Assembly (NCBI GenBank): GCA_964353625.1
Contig: CAYGWT010000227.1
Span: 1 to 35,537, forward strand
DNA length: 35,537 nt
Source of the DNA: an uncultured Candidatus Bathyarchaeia archaeon
GTDB taxonomy: Archaea > Thermoproteota > Bathyarchaeia > 40CM-2-53-6
Direction: 5' to 3'
The notes under the pieces are model-generated. The model ran no database searches. It was not told the DNA's origin and was given only the letters and a program-made list of their open reading frames with translations. Every line of letters starts with the position of its first letter. The first letter of the stretch is position 1. Positions 9,454 through 17,967 of this stretch are shown here, piece by piece. The translations under genes were made by a program, and so were the position numbers.

Positions 9454-10089
9454 CCACAGACGGTGCTATTGTCCTGCTGTCGGGCGGATTGGATTCCGCG
9501 GCAGCTCTTTGGTGGGCGAAGAAAAGATGGAATACCTATGCTCTGACATTCAGGTATGGACAACTGAACTCAAACGAAGTGAAATCAGCGACGAGACTCG
9601 CGAAGAAAGCAGAGATCTCATCATTTCGTGGTTGATGTAGGCTTCCTCAAGCAAGTATCGGAATTAAGAAAAAGGTTGGCAGATCAAGGGCTCGACCTGA
9701 GACTGTTTCCCCCAGCATACGTGCCTAGTCGAAACACGGTCTATTTGGGCATAGCTGCACACTACGTGGAGATCTATGGTCTAGGACACATCGTTACGGG
9801 TCACCTTGGGCGTGATCCGTTTCCCGATTCGAAACCGGCATACATTAGGGCAATGAACACCGCACTTACTCAAGGTAGTTGGCTTCGAAAGAAACATAGC
9901 ATCAGAATCACGACGCCCTTCGCGCGATCGACTAAAGAAGACGTTGTCAGGCTCGCCCTCAAACTTGATGTTCCTTTGAACTTGGCGTGGAGTTGCCACA
10001 GGAATCGGAAGAAGCCCTGTGGGAAATGTCAGGGCTGTCTAGACAGATCAAGCGCCCTCAGTATATCTGGATTCGCTGCTATGCGATGA
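9450..10089 (+). pseudogene. queC: 7-cyano-7-deazaguanine (preQ0) synthase, frameshifted near 9615-9620
   Basis: 5' part has LLSGGLDS and TFRYGQ. The 3' frame reads HHFVVDV...YVPSRN...FPDS...WSCH...CGKCQGC. True pseudogene or assembly error is unresolved. Confidence 0.9.
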
Positions 10090-10110
10090 ATTCTGCTCCC
10101 GCATCAGGCC

Positions 10111-10868
10111 CTATCTCATTACTGTGCCGCCGTCCACAACTATGATCTGACCGTTGACGGCCGAGTCTGAGTCTGAGGCGAGGAACGCAATTACGTTCGC
10201 TACCTCCTCAGGCTCGATTAGCCTTTGAAGGGGCGATTCCATCTCATATTCTGCTCTCTCTTGATTTGAGAGTCCGTCCAACCATTTCGTCCTAACGTTC
10301 CCGGGCGTCACCGCGTTAGCGCGAACGTATGGTTTGTATTCCAAGGCCGTACTCTTCACCAACGCTCCGATGCCTGACTTTGCCACCGAGAATAGTCCCC
10401 CTCGGTCGTGTCCAGAGAATACTGGGGAGGAGCACATCAGAACAATCGATCCCTTCTTCTGCTTGACCATGTGAGGAACTATGAACTTGCATAAGTAGAA
10501 CGTTCCCTTCAAATCGTTATCGAGAACAGGTGTCCAGTCATCTTCAGTCACCTCGACCATCTTCTTCTCCCAAATGTCAGCGGACCAGAAGCCTTGCACC
10601 GCGATCAAACAATCTATCCTGCCGAATCTCTCTTTGGATTCCAGAACAAACCTGCCAACACCGTCTTGATTTGTCACATCAATAGGCAGACTAAGCGGCT
10701 CCGCACCAAGCTCTTCACACTCTTTTGAAATGCCCTCGCCCTTTCTGCTCCAGAATGATACCCGAGAGCGAGTTTGGCGCCCTCGCTTGCTAGGAGTCTT
10801 GCCGTGGCGCCACCTATCCCACCAGTGGCGCCCGTGATAATCGCGACCTTTCCTTCGAACAACCTCAA
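10111..10868 (-). pseudogene. Short-chain dehydrogenase/reductase, frameshifted near 10723-10726
   Basis: TGATGGIG Rossmann motif in the 5' part; VRANAVTPG and GQIIVVDGG in the 3' part. Adding one A to the minus-strand A4 run joins them as AFQKECEELGAEPLSLPIDVTNQD. Confidence 0.88.
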
Positions 10869-11020
10869 AGCAGAATCAGCCCTTCTGTCATCAAGATCAA
10901 CCCAAGATCTTCTGTAGACTAGGATATGATATCTGCTGCCCGGTCAGCCTTCACAATTTTTGTGATGCGCTCTGTTATTAGCTCGAATGCGCAGACATGG
11001 TAGCGTGCGAGTGGCCCGAA

Positions 11021-11602
11021 TTGTCCAAGGAAGAGGATTCCGATCTGAAGCGCCTCGCCGAGATGAAAGCATACCTCGAAAAGAAGATCTCGGAGTCGGA
11101 ACGTGAGATTGAACGATTGAGATCGTTTCTTCAGGCTGTGGACTCGATTCTTGCAGAGAAAAGCTTCAGACGCGTGAGAATCCATGCGGATACTGAAGCG
11201 ACTTCCGCGCCGGAGGCGCCTGAGTCAAAAGAAAGACTGGCGAGCGAGGTTTGGCCAATAACTACGCCCGAAGGTGTCCATTTGGCAGATCTACAGATCA
11301 CCGACTCTGAGCTTGTGCTTATTCCAGACTCGAAAATCAGGTACGAAGTCGCGTCTCCGCCTCTGCGAGCTTTCTTCATAGCACGCGTCTTGGATCCAAT
11401 GCATATGAAAGACGAAGAATTGGCTAGAGCGGGTCAACTAATTGCCGACAAGGTCTTGACATATGAGATATCAGATGACGGGGGTGCCTTGAAATCTCTT
11501 CGAGTACGCAACTACGGGGACCAAAGAAGACTCACAGAACTACGCAATGCCATTCGGTGGACTGTCCGTCGCATGTACGAGAAGACCCTCCAGGCACATT
11601 GA
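11021..11602 (+). CDS. Hypothetical protein with N-terminal coiled coil
   Basis: Long open frame with protein-like composition (LKRLAEMKAYLEKKISESEREIERLR). TTG 11021 is a plausible start; the track gives 10997. Confidence 0.8.
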   Translation: MSKEEDSDLKRLAEMKAYLEKKISESEREIERLRSFLQAVDSILAEKSFRRVRIHADTEATSAPEAPESKERLASEVWPITTPEGVHLADLQITDSELVLIPDSKIRYEVASPPLRAFFIARVLDPMHMKDEELARAGQLIADKVLTYEISDDGGALKSLRVRNYGDQRRLTELRNAIRWTVRRMYEKTLQAH

Positions 11603-11822
11603 CTGTGTTCCTTCGAGAACTCAGTTCCGCTACCAAGGTAATCTCATACTATCGATTATGCAGGGTCTGCACTGCAAAGACGAACCAAGTCGATTCACGC
11701 ATCGAAGTTTTGCCGCTCAAATACCCTAGGTGATCTCATCTTTAGTCATATCTGAGAGTGCTATCATCGCGGCAATTACCAAGTGGGCAGGTACCATATT
11801 GAACGTTACGAATGACGAATCT

Positions 11823-12097
11823 CCAGACAGATCAATAGTCTCTGGCGACGAGGGGACCGCGGGCTAGGCAATGGTGACTGGGTCTGTAATTCCCTTGGGC
11901 TGACGATCAGTATGAGGCGAAGGGACGCCTATGTTCGGTTTTTGAAGCGGCTTCGGGGCTACTGAGACATTTCGGTTCGAATGTTTCCGTGAAAAGTGAT
12001 CGACTGGAGAGTCACCGCGGATACCGTCCTCCAGTCACAGCGCATCAATGTAGCGTAGAGGTTGTTCATGCTCCGATGAGCTTGGCGTCGATGCGCT
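11823..12097 (+). ncRNA. Candidate structured RNA or regulatory leader of unknown family
   Basis: Six consecutive hand-folded helices with G-U pairs favouring the + strand, plus long-range complementarity between 11873-11879 and 12010-12016. Confidence 0.45.
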
Positions 12098-12210
12098 CGC
12101 TCCAAAAGCAGTACTGCCCCGCTTGTGACTCAAGCGATGTACAAGAAGATGCCCTGAACCTATTCCGATGCTACTCCTGCGGCACTGTCTGGACAATCGA
12201 TCTAGCCTAG
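12076..12210 (+). CDS. Zinc-ribbon microprotein, 44 aa
   Basis: MSLASMRSLQKQYCPACDSSDVQEDALNLFRCYSCGTVWTIDLA has CPxC...CxxCG spacing typical of archaeal Zn ribbons. Confidence 0.7.
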   Translation: MSLASMRSLQKQYCPACDSSDVQEDALNLFRCYSCGTVWTIDLA

Positions 12211-12539
12211 ATCAGTCGACCGTCCCAAAGCCCCACATGGCCGAGACCAACCACAATTCGGGTTCCTCTTTCCCAAGGATGCAGAGTTGCGCACTACGTC
12301 TCATTTGCGAAACAGATCAAGACAAAATACTCAGACTAAAACGGTCAAGATTTCCAGGACAAGTGCATTGCTGACTGCGATACAATTGAGAACTAGGGTT
12401 GGCTGCAGGACTGATCCTACGAGAATTGGGTAGAGCTATTCTATCTGAAGGATTCTCGACCTCAAGACTACTCGAGGCCCCACCCACTCATCCTTGAGTG
12501 TGCAGTGGTTGGCTCAGCCTTCTAGTGTCAACTCTCTCC

Positions 12540-12562
12540 AGCAAGCATGTTGCATGCTTGCT
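12540..12562. terminator. Perfect 10-bp inverted repeat 4 nt past the NUDIX stop
   Basis: AGCAAGCATG-TTG-CATGCTTGCT. The terminator role is inferred from position only; there is no U-tract. Confidence 0.35.
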
Positions 12563-12566
12563 ATCA

Positions 12567-13037
12567 TTAGGGCTCCAATCTGTTTTGGAGCGGATCCAGA
12601 GGAGGGCTGGCCGCGAATAATCTCGTTCGTTGCAGGTATTCCTCAGCTTTTCGAAGCGTTTCCTTGGCGTTCTTGTATGTGAGGCGCTTGAGCGCTTCGT
12701 GATAGGGCAACCACTCATATCCGATATGTTCGCCCGATATCGTGACCTGCTCATCTCCTGCGTTCTTGAGCAAATAGAAGATCACTTCCTTCGAAACGGT
12801 TCTTCCACGCCTCCTGTAGAAGTAGCCAATCTGTTCTCTGTAATCGTTCAGGAATGTGTTGTTCTTGAGCCCCGTCTCCTCCAAAGTCTCCCTACTGGTA
12901 GTCTCCACTTCGGATTCCCCTAGCTCCACGTGACCTTTCACAAAGTCCCAGTGCCCCGTTTCGTACTGGAGGAGAAGATACTCGATCCCATTTCCATCCC
13001 TAACTATGACTGCCCCGCACGACTTCTCGTGATCCAT
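12567..13037 (-). CDS. NUDIX hydrolase, asymmetric Ap4A hydrolase-like
   Basis: EKSCGAVI, GHWDFVKGHVELGESEVETTSRETLEETGL (Nudix box), EHIGYEWL. Confidence 0.92.
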   Translation of the reverse strand: MDHEKSCGAVIVRDGNGIEYLLLQYETGHWDFVKGHVELGESEVETTSRETLEETGLKNNTFLNDYREQIGYFYRRRGRTVSKEVIFYLLKNAGDEQVTISGEHIGYEWLPYHEALKRLTYKNAKETLRKAEEYLQRTRLFAASPPLDPLQNRLEP

Positions 13038-13303
13038 CCAAATGTCGCATCCAGTCCGAGGCTATTCTCTTACCCTACGCAATAAGGTATCATTTGTGCT
13101 TTGGGCCCTACGGCTTCATTCAAGCTTGAATGTGGTTGTCTTTTCTTCCTCTAGCTTTCGAGCCGAAACGGTCCAAAGGGGCAGAACCGAAGCAAGCGTG
13201 CTAAGAAATTCGAATCCCGTATCACATTGGGAAGTCGCTGGCTTACGCCGAACATGTGCGAGACAAATGTAGTGGTTTGACCTCAAACGTTCCGAGAGGT
13301 GGG

Positions 13304-14551
13304 TTACACCCAACCTCTCAGTTGCATTGCTTCTGCGACTCGCTGGACTGAGAGCATGTATGCGGCCATTCGCATGTTCACGTTCTGCTTCACATGTATA
13401 GCGTACACATCGTTGAACGCCTTCGTCATGATCTTGTCCAAACGGTCGTAGACTTCCTCAACAGGCCAGTAGAAGCCATATGCATTCTGGACCCATTCGA
13501 AGTATGAGGCGGTGACCCCTCCAGCATTGCAGAGCAAGTCCGGAATATGGAATACCTTGTTCTTGAACAAAATATCATCCGCCTCAGGCGTCGTAGGGCC
13601 GTTTGCAGCTTCCGCGACTATCTTCGCTTTGATTCGAGATGCGTTCTTGGTGGTTATGACGTTCTCGAGCGCTGCTGGAACTAAGATGTCACATTGTTCT
13701 TCAAGAAGGCTCTCGTTTGTGATGGTCTTGGCTCCGGGGAACCCGACCACACTCCCTGTCTTGTGTTTGTGCTGGATAATTGCATTTGAATCAAGTCCAT
13801 TCTCGTTGAGGATTCCCCCCTTCGAGTCGCTTACCGCTATGATCCGCGCTCCCATCTCATGCAAGATCACGGCTGTGTTTGACCCTGCATTTCCGTAGCC
13901 TTGGATTGCAATTGAGGAACCTCTCAATGGGATGTTAAGTCGTTTTGTGGCTTCGCGGATCGTGTACGCTGCGCCGCGGGCTGTTGCATCTCCTCTTCCC
14001 TGTGATCCGCCTAGCGCTATCGGTTTCCCCGTGATCACTGCCGGAACGTTATGTCCCCTAATCTTGGAGAATTCATCAACCATCCATGCCATGATTTGGG
14101 CGTCCGTATAGACATCAGGGGCCGGGATATCCAATTCAGGGCCTATCACCGTGCCGATAGCGTCAATGTATGCTCGGCTGAGTCTTTCCAGCTCACGGCG
14201 CGACATCTCCTTTGGATTGCATACGACTCCTCCTTTGCCTCCGCCAAGGGGTAGGTCAACACAAGCCGTCTTCCAAGTCATCCAAGCTGCAAGCGCCTTG
14301 ACCGTGTCAATTGTCTCTTGTGGGTGGAACCGGATTCCTCCTTTGTACGGTCCCCGGGCGTCATTGTATTGGACTCTGAAGCCTTTGAATATCTTGACTT
14401 GGTCGTTGTCCATCCTTACTGGAAAGGTGACTTCGAGCACGCGTTTGGGTTCCCTGAGTAGGTTGTGGACGGCGGGATCTAGTTTCAGTAGCTTTGCAGC
14501 CACATCTAGTTGTTCTTGTGCAATCTTGAAGGGATTCAGTTCTTCCGTCAA
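13304..14551 (-). CDS. gdhA: Glutamate dehydrogenase
   Basis: Motifs GPYKGGIRF, MTWKTA, LPLGGGKGG, DIPAPD, QGYGNAG, EAANGP, NAGGVTASYFEW. Confidence 0.98.
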   Translation of the reverse strand: MTEELNPFKIAQEQLDVAAKLLKLDPAVHNLLREPKRVLEVTFPVRMDNDQVKIFKGFRVQYNDARGPYKGGIRFHPQETIDTVKALAAWMTWKTACVDLPLGGGKGGVVCNPKEMSRRELERLSRAYIDAIGTVIGPELDIPAPDVYTDAQIMAWMVDEFSKIRGHNVPAVITGKPIALGGSQGRGDATARGAAYTIREATKRLNIPLRGSSIAIQGYGNAGSNTAVILHEMGARIIAVSDSKGGILNENGLDSNAIIQHKHKTGSVVGFPGAKTITNESLLEEQCDILVPAALENVITTKNASRIKAKIVAEAANGPTTPEADDILFKNKVFHIPDLLCNAGGVTASYFEWVQNAYGFYWPVEEVYDRLDKIMTKAFNDVYAIHVKQNVNMRMAAYMLSVQRVAEAMQLRGWV

Positions 14552-14668
14552 ACCCAGTCATCACATTGAGTTGGGCCTAAGAAGCGTATTTTAAGTTAGT
14601 CCATTCTCGAAGTGTAAGCACGTCGAATCTTCGTTTGGATCATGTCAGGAGTATACTGAGTGTTTTCG

Positions 14669-15544
14669 CTATTTTCCGGTAAAATGATCAAGGGTCGTTC
14701 TCTCGTCGTTCTTGTGGGCGACTCTGCCCTCAATATGGTCCTCTATCCTCTTCAGCGTCTGCTCGTGCTTGTCGCTAGCAAGTCCGAGCATCTTCATCAT
14801 TTGGATGCAGTTCTCTGGCGCATATCCATGAAAGTGGTTGTTGAAGACCCCGAAACTTTGCTTTGTGTTATTCCGTACCTCCTCAATCTTGGGCAGCCAG
14901 TCAGTGAGCTGGTTGTTGGTATACCGGTAGTCATACCAGGGCTCTCGACCTCTGCCGTGCCATCTAACGTATCCAATATCTGAGGTGATGTGGACTTCCG
15001 GAGGCAGTAATGGCTCGTCGACAATGCAGTAAGCAGCTTCGTATTTGCTTAAGGTCGTCCATGTGCTCGATTCCAGCCACGACGGATGCCTGAACTCAAC
15101 CACATAGTTGAACCTCCTAGGCAACAAAGCAAGAAACTCCTCAAGAAGATCATCATCGCGCTTCAGCGACGGAGGTAACTGAACGAGCATGCACGCTAAC
15201 TTGTCTTGCGAGAGCAGGGGATCGAAAAGCTCACAAAACGAATCCAATTCCGTCTGTGCCTTTTCATCGAGTTTCAGGCGTAGCTCATGAGTGAATTTCT
15301 TGTTCATCTTTGCGGTGAAGACAAAGCTTCGAGGCGTATATCGTGTCATGCCAAGTATCGTTCCTTTTTCTGGGAACCCATAGAAAGATGAGTCGATCTC
15401 CACAGTGTCGAAGATCGCGGAGTATTGTTGGAGCATACTCTTGTCAGGGTCATACAGTGGGCCAATCCATTCCTTGTATGACCAGCCGGCACATCCTAAC
15501 CTAATTGGTGTCTGCTGTCGCTCATGCCCGCCTGGCAAGAACAT
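14669..15544 (-). CDS. DUF72 family protein
   Basis: Motifs GCAGWSYKEW, VEIDSSFY, QLPPS, VEFRHPSW, YVRWHGR, FNNH. Confidence 0.93.
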   Translation of the reverse strand: MFLPGGHERQQTPIRLGCAGWSYKEWIGPLYDPDKSMLQQYSAIFDTVEIDSSFYGFPEKGTILGMTRYTPRSFVFTAKMNKKFTHELRLKLDEKAQTELDSFCELFDPLLSQDKLACMLVQLPPSLKRDDDLLEEFLALLPRRFNYVVEFRHPSWLESSTWTTLSKYEAAYCIVDEPLLPPEVHITSDIGYVRWHGRGREPWYDYRYTNNQLTDWLPKIEEVRNNTKQSFGVFNNHFHGYAPENCIQMMKMLGLASDKHEQTLKRIEDHIEGRVAHKNDERTTLDHFTGK

Positions 15545-15931
15545 TGCTCCTTGAGTGTTCGTCTTGGTTGTTGTCGGTGCCTATTGCGGATTTCGGGCAG
15601 ACGTTGGCTGTTCCCTTAAGGGTTAGGGGGTAGGTCGGTCATTTTGAGGTCTTCCTGAAGGTCAAGCTGGACCTGATCAAGGCTCACAGGGCCATAATCA
15701 TCGCAGGTCCAGCAGGCGGTGTTGTGAGCAGCTACTGACAGATACGCAAGAATGCGATGATGTGACACCCGACCGCTGTACGGCACGCATATACTTACTG
15801 CTCCAAGTCTAGTAAGCTGTTGAGTCGTCTTCGAGCCTATCAAAACTTTACCTACGGTTGAGTTGCTGATCCTGTCGATCGAAAGCCCCGGTTTCGATTT
15901 GTGCAATTCGGAGGATCCGTGATCGACATGG

Positions 15932-15954
15932 AATCGGCAGTCACATTGCCGATT
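15932..15954 (-). terminator. Hairpin just downstream of the ppcA stop
   Basis: AATCGGCA (15932-15939) pairs with TGCCGATT (15947-15954), 14 nt past the stop. Function is inferred. Confidence 0.35.
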
Positions 15955-15968
15955 AGAGAGTTGCTGAT

Positions 15969-17552
15969 TTACCCGAGACACCGTCTCAATTTGGCCGCCT
16001 CGACGAGTGCGGTTCTTGCTTCGCTATCCTCTCGCTCCATGTACGATATCAGGAAGATATTCGTGAGGTCCTCATGCTTTCTCTCGGTCAGGCTTCTAGG
16101 CCCGACTTTGATCCCAACGTTCTCTTCAATCGCTTCGATATCCTCCAGTAGTCGCGCAATGGCTCCCCTGAGGCTCTCGGCACTCATGCCGGCTCTTTCA
16201 GCCAATTTCGCGTGAGCCTCTTGGAGCATGTTTACGTTCTGCCAAGAAAGGTAGGCGCCCGCCCTGCTGATGTCGCTCTTCATATTCAGATAGTGTTTCT
16301 GGAGAATGTCCCATTCTGTGTCTATGTTGTCGAAAGCTTTGCCCCCTATGAACTCTGGCGGGATTCCTAACGAATAGAAAGCAGCTGCAAATGTTATTGC
16401 CCTCGGAAGCGTCACGCCTCGTAGGCTTCGACTGTATCCGAAAAGTCCAATGTGGAGTTTCCTAGTCCTTCTTTGAGGAACTAGTTGAGCGATGCTGTTC
16501 ACGAGTGGTGAGAGCTCCTCAACCACGTTCTCGTATCTATGTCTGAACTTTTTCATTAGCACAACAAGTTGATTCTCTTCATGGGGTTCTATGGGAGCGT
16601 GTTCTTCATTGGGAAGCCGTTCGTTGAGAACTCTTATTGTCTCTTTTGTCTGCTCGACTGGATGGTCGTATTTCAGGGCAGACTGGATAGTGACTGTTGA
16701 TAGTCCTCTGTATTCATGGAGAAAGTTCTCGAGATTCTCGGGGGAGAGGTGACCTCTGAAAGGCGTGGAGCCTACACCAAGTATTGGGTGTATTCTCAGT
16801 CCTCGCCTTTTCTGCAGCATGCCTAGTTTTGAAAGACCGATCTTGGATAGTAGCACCGCACAGACGAGGCCATAGTTCAGGGCTGGATCAGATCGGGCGA
16901 GGAACACTCTAAGATAGTCAGGCTTGGCGACATCGGCGTAGGACTCCACTATTCTATCGATAGCCAAGATGCTGTCGAAATCTTCTACAAGAGGGATTAT
17001 CCGGATACCTTTCGGATTGAAGCATCCAATCCAATCCTTGACTTTGAAAGACCCGTTCAGCTCAAGATCTTCAGCTGCCACGATGGCCTTCTTGTAGTAC
17101 CTGTCAAGCCAGACGAGCTCCGCACCCTCGGTAGTGAATGGAAGAATGACCTCGAAAATTGGAGCAAGATTCTTCCCGTAGAAGGTCGATGCTACGTCGT
17201 AGGCTACTGGAATATTCTGCAGAGTCTCCACTACTATCTTCCTCTCGATGGCCTCTACTCTAGGGTTGGGGATTCTATAGGTTAGAAAGAGATCTTCTCC
17301 AAGCACATTTTGCTTGAAGTACTCCTCGTAGTTTGTGAGTAGCTTCCTCACAACGCGCGTATCGACATCTTTTCCCTCGGCATCCCACATTACTTCGCGA
17401 CATCCGAAAGTACTGTAAGCAAGGTATGCCTCCTGGATCTCCGTGTTTCCATCCATGATCTCGCTGTCACACCAATGCGGAATGCGAGCATTGTCGGGGT
17501 GCTGGGTGGACATCGTGGGAGGGATCTTCCCGTGCTCAGGCTCAACTCTCAT
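15969..17552 (-). CDS. ppcA: Archaeal-type phosphoenolpyruvate carboxylase
   Basis: IPPTMSTQHPDNA, MWDAEGK, FEVILPFT, RVFLARSDPALNYG, PFRGHL, LHIGLFGYSR, LPRAITF. ATG 17552 is preferred over the track start 17582. Confidence 0.97.
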   Translation of the reverse strand: MRVEPEHGKIPPTMSTQHPDNARIPHWCDSEIMDGNTEIQEAYLAYSTFGCREVMWDAEGKDVDTRVVRKLLTNYEEYFKQNVLGEDLFLTYRIPNPRVEAIERKIVVETLQNIPVAYDVASTFYGKNLAPIFEVILPFTTEGAELVWLDRYYKKAIVAAEDLELNGSFKVKDWIGCFNPKGIRIIPLVEDFDSILAIDRIVESYADVAKPDYLRVFLARSDPALNYGLVCAVLLSKIGLSKLGMLQKRRGLRIHPILGVGSTPFRGHLSPENLENFLHEYRGLSTVTIQSALKYDHPVEQTKETIRVLNERLPNEEHAPIEPHEENQLVVLMKKFRHRYENVVEELSPLVNSIAQLVPQRRTRKLHIGLFGYSRSLRGVTLPRAITFAAAFYSLGIPPEFIGGKAFDNIDTEWDILQKHYLNMKSDISRAGAYLSWQNVNMLQEAHAKLAERAGMSAESLRGAIARLLEDIEAIEENVGIKVGPRSLTERKHEDLTNIFLISYMEREDSEARTALVEAAKLRRCLG

Positions 17553-17640
17553 CGATTTCCAACTCGATTCCGCAGCGAACACTCTTCACCATTGATCGCG
17601 ACTACTAGTAGTACACTTCGGCTTCCCCAACGAAAGTGTC

Positions 17641-17879
17641 ATGAACATTGTTGCCTGTCCTCTCATTCAATTATCTTACTCCTTCTGGCGATTGCTTCTG
17701 ACAACCTTCCAAATCCTAACTCGGACTCAAGTCGAATCTCAAGTTCTCAAGAGTCAAGGACCAATCTCTAGGCTCAAATTCAGCTCACAGGCTCCGCACC
17801 TTACCTGGCGTCATTCGGAGTTGTTGCAGCCGTAGCGATTGTTGTAGCGAAACCGTGGAAACGTAAACAAGTCCGTTAG
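17641..17879 (+). pseudogene. Remnant of a small membrane-anchored surface protein
   Basis: One frame reads SIILLLLAIAS...SSRISSSQESRTNL*AQIQLTGSAPYLASFGVVAAVAIVVAKPWKRKQVR*, with TAG at 17769-17771. ATG 17641 is in a different frame. Confidence 0.45.
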
Positions 17880-17967
17880 CCACAGATTTCTTTCATCTGT
17901 TATGGGTAGCGTGTCACGAAAGCCATAAGTTCTCACCTGAACCAATAGATCAGTCTGGCGTAGGGTT

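Noticed and set aside
11900-11969. Hammerhead-like CTGACGA followed by a stem
   Set aside because: The stem is followed by GACA rather than GAAA, and no stem I/III with a cleavage triplet could be assigned.
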